Notes under the pieces: generated by a model | The model's input: the letters and a program-made list of their open reading frames with translations, nothing else | Told to the model about the DNA's origin: nothing | Databases searched by the model: none | In this document: positions 15,076 to 23,425 of the stretch, piece after piece | Numbering within the stretch: position 1 is the first letter of the stretch | Layout: each line of letters begins with the position of its first letter | Position numbers and translations under genes: made by a program | Source of the DNA: Clostridia bacterium | GTDB lineage: Bacteria > Bacillota > Clostridia > Peptostreptococcales > Anaerovoracaceae | DNA length: 24,000 bases | Reading direction: 5' to 3' | NCBI GenBank assembly: GCA_024684465.1 | Contig: JAIKWW010000018.1 | Span: 12,592-36,591, forward strand

Positions 15076-16065
15076 TTATGACAAGCGTGAAGCCAGGTCA
15101 AGAGCCATCCTGGTGAGGAACAGTTCTCCTTCCTCATTGCCTCCTGCCGCTTTTATCCCTGAGGCCACAGCTTCAGATGTAATCCTGTCCGCAATTTCAT
15201 ATGACTTTTTCAGCCCGTACTCAGATGGGTATGACAATTTCCCCAGCATCCGGTCAACTCCGGTTTTCTTTCCCAGAGCCGCTTCATCTCCGGTTACATC
15301 GAGGATGTCATCCACTATCTGAAATACGACACCGATCTTCTCGCCGTATTCTCCAAAGGCATCGAGACGTTCTCCGCTGCATCCCGCCAGGAGTGCCCCG
15401 GCACGCACCGCAGCCCGGATCATCGCACCGGTCTTGTTGGCATGGATATACAGGAGAATCTCCTCATCGGAGCATCCTGCTTCAGAAAGACATGCTCCCG
15501 CCTTTTCTCGATCGACACAATGCTGATTGCTTTCGCCGGTCATCATGAGGTCCGTCATCTGTCCGGCTATCATCCCCTGAACTCCCGCCGCGCCGGAAAT
15601 CTCAGCAGCGGCATTTATTCTTGAAAGAATCTGTGCCTTATCTTCACCATGCATGACCGCGTTCCTGATATCTTCCAGCATGATGTCAAAAGCGGAATTG
15701 AGAAGCCCGTCACCGGCAAGTATCGCTGTTCCATCTCCAAATACCTTGTGGTTTGTCGGTTTTCCCCTCCTCAGATCATCATCGTCCATGGATGGATGGT
15801 CATCGTGGATCAGAGAATATGTGTGAATGAACTCCATGGCAGCTGCGTAGGGCATAGCCTGTTCAATACTACCGCCACAGATTTCACAGCATGCAAGCAG
15901 TAAAACCGGCCTGAGGCGTTTTCCACCGGCCGCAAGACTGTACTCCATTGCATCACGGAGCATGCGGCTTCTGATATCCACTGCCGGGATAAATCCCGCA
16001 AGAGCTTCATTCACAAAGTCCGCATAAGACTGATATTTTTCCCTGAAGTCTGATTCTCTGCTCAC
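15076..16065 (-). CDS. ispA: (2E,6E)-farnesyl diphosphate synthase (polyprenyl synthetase family).
   Basis: The first Asp-rich motif is LIHDDHPSMDDDDLRRG and the second is FQIVDDILD; KTGAMI is also present. The GTG start overlaps the xseB stop (GTGA) and has a GGAGG upstream. Confidence 0.9.
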   Translation of the reverse strand: MSRESDFREKYQSYADFVNEALAGFIPAVDIRSRMLRDAMEYSLAAGGKRLRPVLLLACCEICGGSIEQAMPYAAAMEFIHTYSLIHDDHPSMDDDDLRRGKPTNHKVFGDGTAILAGDGLLNSAFDIMLEDIRNAVMHGEDKAQILSRINAAAEISGAAGVQGMIAGQMTDLMMTGESNQHCVDREKAGACLSEAGCSDEEILLYIHANKTGAMIRAAVRAGALLAGCSGERLDAFGEYGEKIGVVFQIVDDILDVTGDEAALGKKTGVDRMLGKLSYPSEYGLKKSYEIADRITSEAVASGIKAAGGNEEGELFLTRMALDLASRLS

Positions 16066-16286
16066 TGTTCCTCCACAGGGCGCATAGTCCCCGTCTCCTT
16101 GTCAAACGTCTCAATAACCTGTTTCGCATCCTGAAGAATCTGCATGCAATAGTTGTAATGATCTCTGCCCTCTTTATAGCTCTCTATGGCTCTGTCCAGC
16201 GGTGTATTCTCATCACCTACCGCCGCGGCAGCCTTTTCAAGTCTGTCGAAAGCCTCTTCAAACGTCAATTTTTCTTTCTTAGCCAT
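16062..16286 (-). CDS. xseB: Exodeoxyribonuclease VII small subunit.
   Basis: The 74-aa product begins LTFEEAFDRLEKAAAAV...PLDRAIESYKEG, which is typical of XseB, and it lies directly after xseA. Confidence 0.9.
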   Translation of the reverse strand: MAKKEKLTFEEAFDRLEKAAAAVGDENTPLDRAIESYKEGRDHYNYCMQILQDAKQVIETFDKETGTMRPVEEQ

Positions 16287-16303
16287 TGCTGTTCCTTTCG
16301 TAT

Positions 16304-17587
16304 CTAAGACCGCCCGACCGTACCTTCGTTCCTGAGCACCACATGACCGTCCTTCATTTCGAGGTTGATCTTTACCGGACTCGCTGCATCCGCAGCTGAA
16401 GTCAGTACCTTTCCGGTTTCCGCATCCCTCACAATTGCATAACCCCGTGCCAGGATCTTTGAAGGGGCCGCCGCCTCCAGCACTGCTGCCGCGCTCCGCG
16501 CCGCAGCCTCGCAGGCGGCCACTCTGCGCCTCATATCCAAATCCATCTGCGCCTCAAGCCGGCCTGTATCTTCACCGAGCCGGCGGATTCTGGCCGGCAT
16601 CCCTTCCTGCATCCGGCGCCCGAGATTTTCGCAGCGCTCAGCCCACATCCTGATCCGGTTCCTGAAGGCTGCGTGCATCATGCCCCGGCTGTACCGTTCC
16701 ATCATATCTCCGCACCGCTCCAGCTTCCGGCGGATGCCGGCCCCAAGCAGTTCAGACTCACGCTGCAGCTGCTCCCGCAGCGCAAAAGTATCAGGCACCG
16801 CCATGGCAGCTGCAGCCGTCGGCGTCTCCGCCCTCATATCTGCCACGTAGTCGGAAATAGAATAATCTATTTCGTGACCCACTGCAGATATCACCGGTAT
16901 CTCCGAAGCATATATGCTCCTGGCCACTATTTCCTCGTTAAAAGCCCAGAGCTCTTCAGCGGCGCCGCCTCCGCGACCCACGATGATCACGTCTACATCA
17001 CCTGCAAACCTGGAATTCACATCATCTATGGCTGCCGCGATATCCCGGCCTGCAGCGTCCCCCTGGACCAGACAGGGATAGACCATCACATCAGTTACGT
17101 CGTTCCGGGACCTTATTATCTTCAGAATGTCCCTCACCGCAGCTCCGGTCTCCGAGGTGATCACACAGACCCTCCGGGGAAAAGCAGGCAGAGGCTTCTT
17201 GTGCTCCATGTCGAACAGCCCTTCCTTTTTCAGCTTCTCATAGAGAGCTTTGAAAGCCAGAGCCAGTTCACCGGCGCCTGACACCTCAACATTCCTGACC
17301 GTCAGGCTGTAGTATCCGCCCCTCTCGTAGACAGAGATCCTGCCCGAAGCAGTGACCTCCATCCCGTCAGTGAGTTCATACCTGAGTGTCTCCACGTAAT
17401 CCGCCGGCATAAAACAGGACACCTTCGAAGTCTCATCCTTCAGCGTGAAGAACACATGACCGCTCCCGTGATACTTGATATTGGTTATCTCACCCTTTAC
17501 CAGCACATTTCCCAGTATTGGATCCGTGGACAGGATTCTTCCTATGTATTTATTCAGTTGTGACACATTCAACGGTTTTATTGCCAT
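16304..17587 (-). CDS. xseA: Exodeoxyribonuclease VII large subunit.
   Basis: It has the OB-fold N-terminus MAIKPLNVSQLNKYIGRILSTDPILGNVLVKGEITN and the catalytic region IIVGRGGGAAEELWAFNEE...SAVGHEID. The track start (GTG at 17653) lies inside a repeat element. The ATG at 17587 gives the family-typical N-terminus. Confidence 0.9.
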   Translation of the reverse strand: MAIKPLNVSQLNKYIGRILSTDPILGNVLVKGEITNIKYHGSGHVFFTLKDETSKVSCFMPADYVETLRYELTDGMEVTASGRISVYERGGYYSLTVRNVEVSGAGELALAFKALYEKLKKEGLFDMEHKKPLPAFPRRVCVITSETGAAVRDILKIIRSRNDVTDVMVYPCLVQGDAAGRDIAAAIDDVNSRFAGDVDVIIVGRGGGAAEELWAFNEEIVARSIYASEIPVISAVGHEIDYSISDYVADMRAETPTAAAAMAVPDTFALREQLQRESELLGAGIRRKLERCGDMMERYSRGMMHAAFRNRIRMWAERCENLGRRMQEGMPARIRRLGEDTGRLEAQMDLDMRRRVAACEAAARSAAAVLEAAAPSKILARGYAIVRDAETGKVLTSAADAASPVKINLEMKDGHVVLRNEGTVGRS

Positions 17588-17596
17588 TATCCAACT

Positions 17597-17758
17597 GCCT
17601 TTCTTTTTCGCCAGGTCCATCGTCAGTCCCGCGTCGGTCCGTTCCGGCTTCACGTCAGTCCTTCACCAGTCCCCACGCCAGATCCATCGAAAGTCCCCGC
17701 GCCAGTTCAATCGAAGGTCCCGCGTCGGTCCGTTCCGGCTTCACGTCAGTCCCGGATA
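17597..17758. repeat. Nested direct repeats filling the aldolase-xseA spacer. A perfect 36-nt direct repeat occurs at 17626..17661 and 17717..17752 (91-nt period), with three degenerate 24-nt units interleaved.
   Basis: Both 36-mers read gtcccgcgtcggtccgttccggcttcacgtcagtcc on the plus strand. The minus-strand units are GGGACcttcgattgaactggcg, GGGACtttcgatggatctggcg and GGGACtgacgatggacctggcg. Confidence 0.9.
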
Positions 17759-18436
17759 TCAGAATTCTATCCCGTAAGCCTTCCGGCGCTCTTCAACAGC
17801 CTTCACTTCCTCCGGTGTGAGTATGTGCGGTTCCGGTACATGACCGGTTATCACCAGCATATTAGCATAGTATTCCAGAGTTTCCAGTCTGTAGTAAGCC
17901 TGCATCATATTCTGCCCCCAGGTCAGCACCCCGTGGCTCGCCATCAGCAGAGCGGCATGTCCCTTCACATAGGGGATTATAGTCTCAGCCAGTTCAGGAG
18001 AACCCGGCGTTGCAAAAGGCGCACACGGCACGGTTCCCAGATTCAGCAGAGCCTCTGTCACCACAGGGATATCCAGATCTTTCCTGGCACAGGCAAATGC
18101 TGTAGCCACCGGCGGATGAGCGTGAACCACCGCACCCACCTCCGGTCTTTCCCTGTACACGTTGAGATGAAGCTGCAGTTCGGAAGAAGCATGCATGCCT
18201 CCCTTGTTCTCCAGCTCATTGCCATCCATATCCACTTTTATGAGGATATCTTCGCTCATAAATCCCTTGGACACACCGGACGGAGTGATCCAGAGATTTC
18301 CGTCAGCCGTCCTGCAGCTGATATTTCCGTCATTCGCCGCGCAGTAATTCTTGTCGTACATTCTCCTGCCAACTTCCAGGATCGATGCCTTCGCCTCTTC
18401 ATCTCCGGGAAGCGGCTTCTTCAGTGCCTCACTCAT
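17759..18436 (-). CDS. Class II (zinc) aldolase/adducin-family protein. It is probably a 5-methylthioribulose-1-P / 5-deoxyribulose-1-P aldolase or an MtnB-like dehydratase.
   Basis: The zinc ligands are present (HAHPPVATAF and MASHGVLTWG), as is a catalytic Glu context (SSELQLH). It overlaps the mtnA stop by 8 nt. Confidence 0.75.
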   Translation of the reverse strand: MSEALKKPLPGDEEAKASILEVGRRMYDKNYCAANDGNISCRTADGNLWITPSGVSKGFMSEDILIKVDMDGNELENKGGMHASSELQLHLNVYRERPEVGAVVHAHPPVATAFACARKDLDIPVVTEALLNLGTVPCAPFATPGSPELAETIIPYVKGHAALLMASHGVLTWGQNMMQAYYRLETLEYYANMLVITGHVPEPHILTPEEVKAVEERRKAYGIEF

Positions 18437-19547
18437 CGCGAACCTCCTTCCGCTGTTCCATCTTCTTTTTTTCCATTATATCCCTCAGAGAGACGTCATA
18501 CGGCGGATACGCCACACCGTACTCAGTGATTATCCCGGCTATGAGCTCATGATCTGTCACGTCAAAGGCCGGATTATACGTCCGGACCTCCCTGAGCGCC
18601 ATGGGTTCGCTGTACCACATATCCGTTATATCCGTGCCGTCCCTCTGTTCGATAACTATGTCCTCTCCGGTGGCCGTTCCCATATCTATGGTTGAAGTCG
18701 GGGCTGCGATATAGAGCGGGATCCCGTAATGCTTCGCCAGAATCGCCACTCCCAGTGTGCCTATCTTGTTTGCGGAATCGCCGTTTGCGGCAACCCGGTC
18801 ACAGCCCGTGATAACTGTCTGCACCTTGCCTTCTTTCATCACCGATGCAGCCATATTGTCGCAGATCAGCGTCACATCCACTCCCGCCAGCTGAAGCTCT
18901 GTGGAGGTGAGACGCGCCCCCTGTAACAGAGGCCTGGTTTCATCCGCATAGACGTGAAAACCGTAACCCCTCTCCTGCCCCAGATAGATTGGAGCCGTGG
19001 CAGTACCGTACCGCACCGTCGCCAGATGCCCCGCATTGCAGTGAGTCAGGATACCCTGTCCCCTTTTCAGCAGCGGGAGTCCGTTTTCTCCAAGCTTCCT
19101 GCAGACTTCTATATCTTCATTTTTAATAGTCAGCGCCTCGACACGCAGCCTGCTGACGATCTCCTCCGGAGTGCTGTCAACCAGTCCCTCCGCGAGATCC
19201 ATCATCCGGTCCACCGCCCACTTCAGATTGACCGCCGTCGGCCTGGCCAGAACCAGTTCCCCGGCCGCCTTACGCAGTTCTTCCATAAAGCCTTTTCTGT
19301 CATTTCCGGCAACATTTAACGCGTCCAGCGCCGACAGATAAACTGCGATGCCGGCAGCAACTCCTATAGCAGGAGCTCCTCTGACTCTCAGCCTCTTTAT
19401 GGCATCTATAATTTCCCTCCGGTCCCTCAGCTCAACCAGCTTCACAGTTCCCGGAAGCACCGACTGGTCAATGATCACCAGCCTTTCACCGTCCTCAGAC
19501 AGATTGACGGTATCCGTTTCCAGAATATTAATGATTTCTTTTTCCAT
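18429..19547 (-). CDS. mtnA: S-methyl-5-thioribose-1-phosphate isomerase (eIF-2B alpha/beta/delta-like family).
   Basis: It contains VRGAPAIGVAAG, THCNAG, ADETRPLLQGARLT, GCDRVAANGD-ANKIGT and PAFDVT. Confidence 0.9.
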   Translation of the reverse strand: MEKEIINILETDTVNLSEDGERLVIIDQSVLPGTVKLVELRDRREIIDAIKRLRVRGAPAIGVAAGIAVYLSALDALNVAGNDRKGFMEELRKAAGELVLARPTAVNLKWAVDRMMDLAEGLVDSTPEEIVSRLRVEALTIKNEDIEVCRKLGENGLPLLKRGQGILTHCNAGHLATVRYGTATAPIYLGQERGYGFHVYADETRPLLQGARLTSTELQLAGVDVTLICDNMAASVMKEGKVQTVITGCDRVAANGDSANKIGTLGVAILAKHYGIPLYIAAPTSTIDMGTATGEDIVIEQRDGTDITDMWYSEPMALREVRTYNPAFDVTDHELIAGIITEYGVAYPPYDVSLRDIMEKKKMEQRKEVRDE

Positions 19548-19550
19548 TGT

Positions 19551-20747
19551 TCAAATCCCAAAGACCTGAAGAGATCTTTCCGCTTCTTCCACAGCAATCT
19601 TTACAAATGAACGCATGCTCTCCACATCGCCGAAGAACGCCTGAGCAGAGCCGGGCTTTCCTCCGCCCTTTCCTCCCAGAGCAGCGGCATGTGCCTTTAC
19701 TACAGCTCCGAAGTCCACCTTCGCTTCCCCGCTGAAAGCCAGCAGCACGCAGCAGTCTGAAGCAGAGGAAACGATAGCCGGGCGCGAGTCGTTATCCGTG
19801 ATCTTTCTGGATACCCTGCGCACCACATCCATATCACCCTCAGCCAGTTCTCCTGCTATGACAGGGGACTCCACAGCCATCAGCCTGGCGCTTTCGATAT
19901 CTGCCACGATTCCCTTCATCCTGTTGAGTTCCCTGTGCATCTCGTCATTCTTTCTGTCCGCGGCAGCCACCTTTTCAGGAAGAGAAAACTCATCCGCAGA
20001 GAATTTCTCCGCCAGCATGCTGATCACCCGGTGCTTCTGGCGGTAGTCCATGAGAGCCCGCTTTCCGCACTTGAACGAGATCCGGGTCATGCCCTTGTAC
20101 TTCTCTGTACCGGTGATCTTTATGATGCCCACCTGAGACGTGTCCGATGGATGAGGACAGCAGCATGCCACACAATCAACTCCCGGGATCGAGACGATGA
20201 TTATATCCTCATCCGCTTTAAGTTCCTTTCTCAGCGGATACTTCTTTGCTTCCTCCGCATCCTTCACCATGGTGATCTGAACCGGCAGACTACGGTAAAC
20301 CACATCATTTGCCAGTTCCTCGATCCGGTCCAGCATCTCCTGAGTTATCTCACGGGAGTCTATGTCGAAGGTGCCCACATCTTCACCCAGACGAAAGCCC
20401 TTGTTGTCCAGATCATACTCGCTCTTGAAAAGTCCCGAAAGGATATGTTCTCCGATATGATTCTGCATATGGTCAAAACGGCGTTCCCAGTCGATTTCCA
20501 TCAGAAGTTCATCGCCCACACTTACACCTTCAGCATCTTCCCTGCTGAGCTGATGAAGGATCTCTCCGTCCCGTTCCGTTGCCAGCAGGACTTTCATGCC
20601 GCCCACGGTACCCAGATCCGAATTCTGTCCCCCGGAATCCGGAGCAAATACAGTTCTGTCAAAGATCAGGAACTCACCTTCCTTACCCGTCACTTTAGCC
20701 GTTACCGTTTTCAGATACGCATCACTGTTGTAGAGTCTCTCTGTCAT
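19551..20747 (-). CDS. AlaX-L-type alanyl-tRNA editing protein (AlaRS second additional domain plus a DHHA1-like C-terminus).
   Basis: The zinc/editing motifs HIGEHILSG (HxxxH) and CVACCCPH (CxxxH) are present, with a C-terminal GGKGGGKPGSAQAF. The ATG at 20747 has a GAGGG 6 nt upstream. The track start at 20753 abuts the SD. Confidence 0.8.
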   Translation of the reverse strand: MTERLYNSDAYLKTVTAKVTGKEGEFLIFDRTVFAPDSGGQNSDLGTVGGMKVLLATERDGEILHQLSREDAEGVSVGDELLMEIDWERRFDHMQNHIGEHILSGLFKSEYDLDNKGFRLGEDVGTFDIDSREITQEMLDRIEELANDVVYRSLPVQITMVKDAEEAKKYPLRKELKADEDIIIVSIPGVDCVACCCPHPSDTSQVGIIKITGTEKYKGMTRISFKCGKRALMDYRQKHRVISMLAEKFSADEFSLPEKVAAADRKNDEMHRELNRMKGIVADIESARLMAVESPVIAGELAEGDMDVVRRVSRKITDNDSRPAIVSSASDCCVLLAFSGEAKVDFGAVVKAHAAALGGKGGGKPGSAQAFFGDVESMRSFVKIAVEEAERSLQVFGI

Positions 20748-20749
20748 GA

Positions 20750-21484
20750 TCATCCCTCAAATTCGTTCAGCGGTCTCACTTCGCCGCTCCTGTCCGTAAA
20801 ATATATTTCTTCTCTCACAAAGATCCAGTTCTGGGGGTGAAATCTCTTCCCCGCATATTTGGCAAACTCCGTCATGAGGACCTGTGGATTCAGATTTCCG
20901 TTGCTGCCAGTGAGCAGCCTCATTCGCAGTTCAGGGGAATCCGTGCCCTCTGACTGTTCAAAGCTGATGATCGAAGGACGTATATCCGTCTCCACATCCC
21001 TTCTCTTCTTTTTTGAGTATTTTGTAGTAATAATACTGCCCTGTCCCAGGAACGAATCCAGAGCGCGCTTCACCCGTTCTCTCTCATTCCAGACAGCGGT
21101 TTCCTCTTCATCAACGGCACTTCTGCATACAACTCTGTAATCCGCATGGGTAACAGCTGCCGCCGCTGCCGTCCTTCCCGTTTCCTTCAGAGATGTGCAT
21201 CCCGTAAGACTCATGCCTTCGGGCATCTGTCCGTTGAGCTTTTCCAGAAGCTCTGCAGTATCGTTATCAAACGCCGTCTCAAAATCCATGTATTCAGCCC
21301 GGCTCTCAAAGCCCAGCGACAGAGGATGAGCGAAGCCGATCTTTGCATGGGGATTGAATCCCTGTGAGTAGTTCAGCTTTATTTCAGCTCTCTTGAACGC
21401 TCTCTGAAAAAGTCTGAGAACGTCCAGATGCGAAATAAATCTGAGATTTCCTGTCTTTGTAAATTTTAAAAGATATCTTGCCAT
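20750..21484 (-). CDS. Radical-SAM-linked protein of the DUF2344 / TIGR03936-like family.
   Basis: The N-terminus is MARYLLKFTKTGNLRFISHLDVLRLFQRAFKRAEIKLNYSQGFNPHAKI. The ATG at 21484 is preceded by GAGGTGGAG. The 34-codon extension in the track overlaps the upstream gene. Confidence 0.75.
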   Translation of the reverse strand: MARYLLKFTKTGNLRFISHLDVLRLFQRAFKRAEIKLNYSQGFNPHAKIGFAHPLSLGFESRAEYMDFETAFDNDTAELLEKLNGQMPEGMSLTGCTSLKETGRTAAAAAVTHADYRVVCRSAVDEEETAVWNERERVKRALDSFLGQGSIITTKYSKKKRRDVETDIRPSIISFEQSEGTDSPELRMRLLTGSNGNLNPQVLMTEFAKYAGKRFHPQNWIFVREEIYFTDRSGEVRPLNEFEG

Positions 21485-21492
21485 ACTCCACC

Positions 21493-23394
21493 TCACATTT
21501 CCGACGGAGCATGCTCCGGCGCCGATACGTCTGACAGCTTCACCTTCTCGTACACCGGACATTCCACAAATCTTCTGAGTCCGCATCCTGTGCAGCCTTC
21601 TCTGCAGTCATGGGTCACTGTGGCAGCCATGGCTCTGTCATACTCAGCCAGCATATATTTCTTCGTCACGCCGCAGTCTATGATCTCCCATGGAAGATAC
21701 TCATCCCTGTCGCGGGTCCTCTGGGAATAGAACGTCGGATCCACCCCGGTTTCCTCAAAAGCCTGCAGCCATTTTCCGTAATCAAAGGACTCTGACCAGC
21801 TGTCGAACTTGCATCCCAGCTCAAAGGCCCTGAGAATCGACTTGCCGGTTCTTCTGTCTCCTCTGGCGAAGACTGCTTCCAGGAAACTGGTATCAGAACC
21901 GTGATACTGATATGACACACCCTTTTTCTTTTTCAGAAGATCTCTGAGCAGATAGTGCTTTCTGTCAAATTCCTCAGGTGTATTCTGTCCCGCCCACTGG
22001 AACGGCGTATCCGCCTTCGGAACAAAGTTTGAAACGCTGACTGTAACATTGAACTTGCCCCTGCGTTCCGGATCCTTTCTGGCAATCCAGGAAATCTTTC
22101 CCGCTATGTCAGCAATGCCTGCGATATCCTCATCAGTTTCCCCCGGCAGACCGATCATAAAATAGAGCTTTATGTTATTGTAGCCCAGTTCGATAGCCTG
22201 CTTCGTCGCCGAAAGTATATCTTCTTCCGAAATATTCTTATTAATGACATCCCTCATGCGCTGAGTTCCGGCTTCAGGCGCGAAGGTGAGCCCGGTCTTC
22301 CTGAAGGTGCTTATCTCATCCAGAACCCTCGGCGAAAATGAATCGAGTCTCATGGAAGGCAGTGAAAGCCCCGTTTCACGGCTTCTGCACATGGACATGA
22401 GATCCGTTACCAGTGGCTCGATCTTCGAATAATCGCTGGTTGAAAGTGACAGAAGAGACATCTCATCGTAACCCGTGTTCTTCAACTGCGCTTCAGCATA
22501 TTCCTTTACCTTCTCTGCGGATCTCTCCCGGATAGGCCTGCAGATGATGCCGGCCTGACAGAATCTGCATCCTCTGGTACATCCCCGAAAAAGCTCGATG
22601 ACAGAACGGTCATGAACCACATCCATGAAAGGCACTATAGGATTTAACGGATATGACACGCTGTCCATATCCATTATCATCCTCTTTACAACAGTATCCG
22701 GAGCGTCCGGGAACAGCTTTCTGTGTCCGGTCATCCTTCCGGTCTCATCGTATTCCGGTTCATAGAGCGAAGGAACGTAAACCCCCGGAACCTGACACAG
22801 CTTCTCCAGAAGTTCTCTTCTGGAATAGCCCATCCGCTTTCTCTCGATCATGAGCTGAGCCGTCTCCACCAGCACATCTTCCCCGTCTCCTATCATGTAG
22901 AAATCGATAAAATCAGCCAGAGGCTCAGGATTGTACGAGCAGTTTCCTCCTGCGCAGACAAGAGGATCCTCTTCTCCCCTGTCGCAACTCTTTAACGGGA
23001 TTCCCGCAAGATCCAGCATGTTGAGGATATTGGTGAATGAGAGCTCGTACTGAAGAGTGAACCCCAGCACGTCCATCTGGGAAACGGGATTCTTCTTTTC
23101 TTCAGTAAAAAGCGGCAGTCCGGTCTCCCTCATCAGTGCCTCCATATCAGATCCCGGAGCAAAAACTCTCTGGCAGTACACACCCTCAGTTTCATTCAAA
23201 ACGTGATAGATGATCTGGAGTCCAAGATAAGACATTCCTATCTCGTACTTGTCCGGAAAGCAGAATCCGTAATTCAGTTCGGCCTCGTTTTCGTCTCTCA
23301 TAACACTGCCCCACTCGCCTCCCATGTATGAAGCGGGCTTATCGACCTGCGCCAGCAGCGTTTCGACTTTTTCAGTAAGGTCTGTCATTTTCAT
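21493..23394 (-). CDS. Radical SAM protein, TIGR03960-like, with a B12-binding-like N-terminal domain.
   Basis: The CX3CX2C motif is FRGCTRGCRFCQAG, and its large size and adjacency to a DUF2344 partner fit the family. The start is placed at ATG 23394 (alternative 23388), after the AAAGGAAA and downstream of the hairpin at 23426..23445. Confidence 0.8.
   Translation of the reverse strand: MKMTDLTEKVETLLAQVDKPASYMGGEWGSVMRDENEAELNYGFCFPDKYEIGMSYLGLQIIYHVLNETEGVYCQRVFAPGSDMEALMRETGLPLFTEEKKNPVSQMDVLGFTLQYELSFTNILNMLDLAGIPLKSCDRGEEDPLVCAGGNCSYNPEPLADFIDFYMIGDGEDVLVETAQLMIERKRMGYSRRELLEKLCQVPGVYVPSLYEPEYDETGRMTGHRKLFPDAPDTVVKRMIMDMDSVSYPLNPIVPFMDVVHDRSVIELFRGCTRGCRFCQAGIICRPIRERSAEKVKEYAEAQLKNTGYDEMSLLSLSTSDYSKIEPLVTDLMSMCRSRETGLSLPSMRLDSFSPRVLDEISTFRKTGLTFAPEAGTQRMRDVINKNISEEDILSATKQAIELGYNNIKLYFMIGLPGETDEDIAGIADIAGKISWIARKDPERRGKFNVTVSVSNFVPKADTPFQWAGQNTPEEFDRKHYLLRDLLKKKKGVSYQYHGSDTSFLEAVFARGDRRTGKSILRAFELGCKFDSWSESFDYGKWLQAFEETGVDPTFYSQRTRDRDEYLPWEIIDCGVTKKYMLAEYDRAMAATVTHDCREGCTGCGLRRFVECPVYEKVKLSDVSAPEHAPSEM
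21505..21524. repeat. Copy 2 of the palindrome-containing element GGAGCATGCTCC-S-GCGCCG, located inside the 3' end of the radical SAM CDS.
   Basis: The 14-nt perfect palindrome cggagcatgctccg spans 21505..21518. The 19-mer at 21506..21524 matches 23430..23448 at 18 of 19 positions. Confidence 0.8.
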
Positions 23395-23425
23395 ATATAA
23401 GATGTTTCCTTTCAAATACAGCAGA

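Noticed and set aside
14506-15116. Six short ORFs (62-109 aa) on both strands inside the ispA-oapA gap, considered as possible small proteins.
   Set aside because: They overlap one another in different frames and strands, lack an RBS, and translate to Arg/Ser/Pro/Cys-rich sequences without hydrophobic cores. This is the pattern expected of structured RNA rather than coding DNA.
17588-17653. A 22-codon N-terminal extension of xseA from the GTG at 17653.
   Set aside because: The GTG lies inside the 36-nt direct repeat, and the typical XseA N-terminus (MAIKPLNVSQL...) begins at the ATG at 17587. It is kept as a possibility under the repeat finding.
17626-17752. A 36-nt perfect direct repeat, considered as a CRISPR array.
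   Set aside because: There are only two copies. The 55-nt 'spacer' is itself made of related 24-nt repeats. There is no palindromic repeat core and no cas genes in the window.
16673-20840. Plus-strand ORFs 16673-17281, 17825-18529 and 19935-20840 (200-300 aa each).
   Set aside because: Each is antisense to a confidently identified minus-strand gene (xseA, the aldolase, AlaX). Their His/Arg/Pro-rich translations are typical of antisense frames in GC-neutral genes.
21485-21586. A 34-codon extension of the DUF2344-like ORF, and likewise 23395-23496 for the radical SAM ORF.
   Set aside because: The first overlaps the end of the upstream CDS and ignores the GAGGTGGAG RBS at the internal ATG. The second reads through the palindromic hairpin and overlaps the phosphatase gene's stop region.
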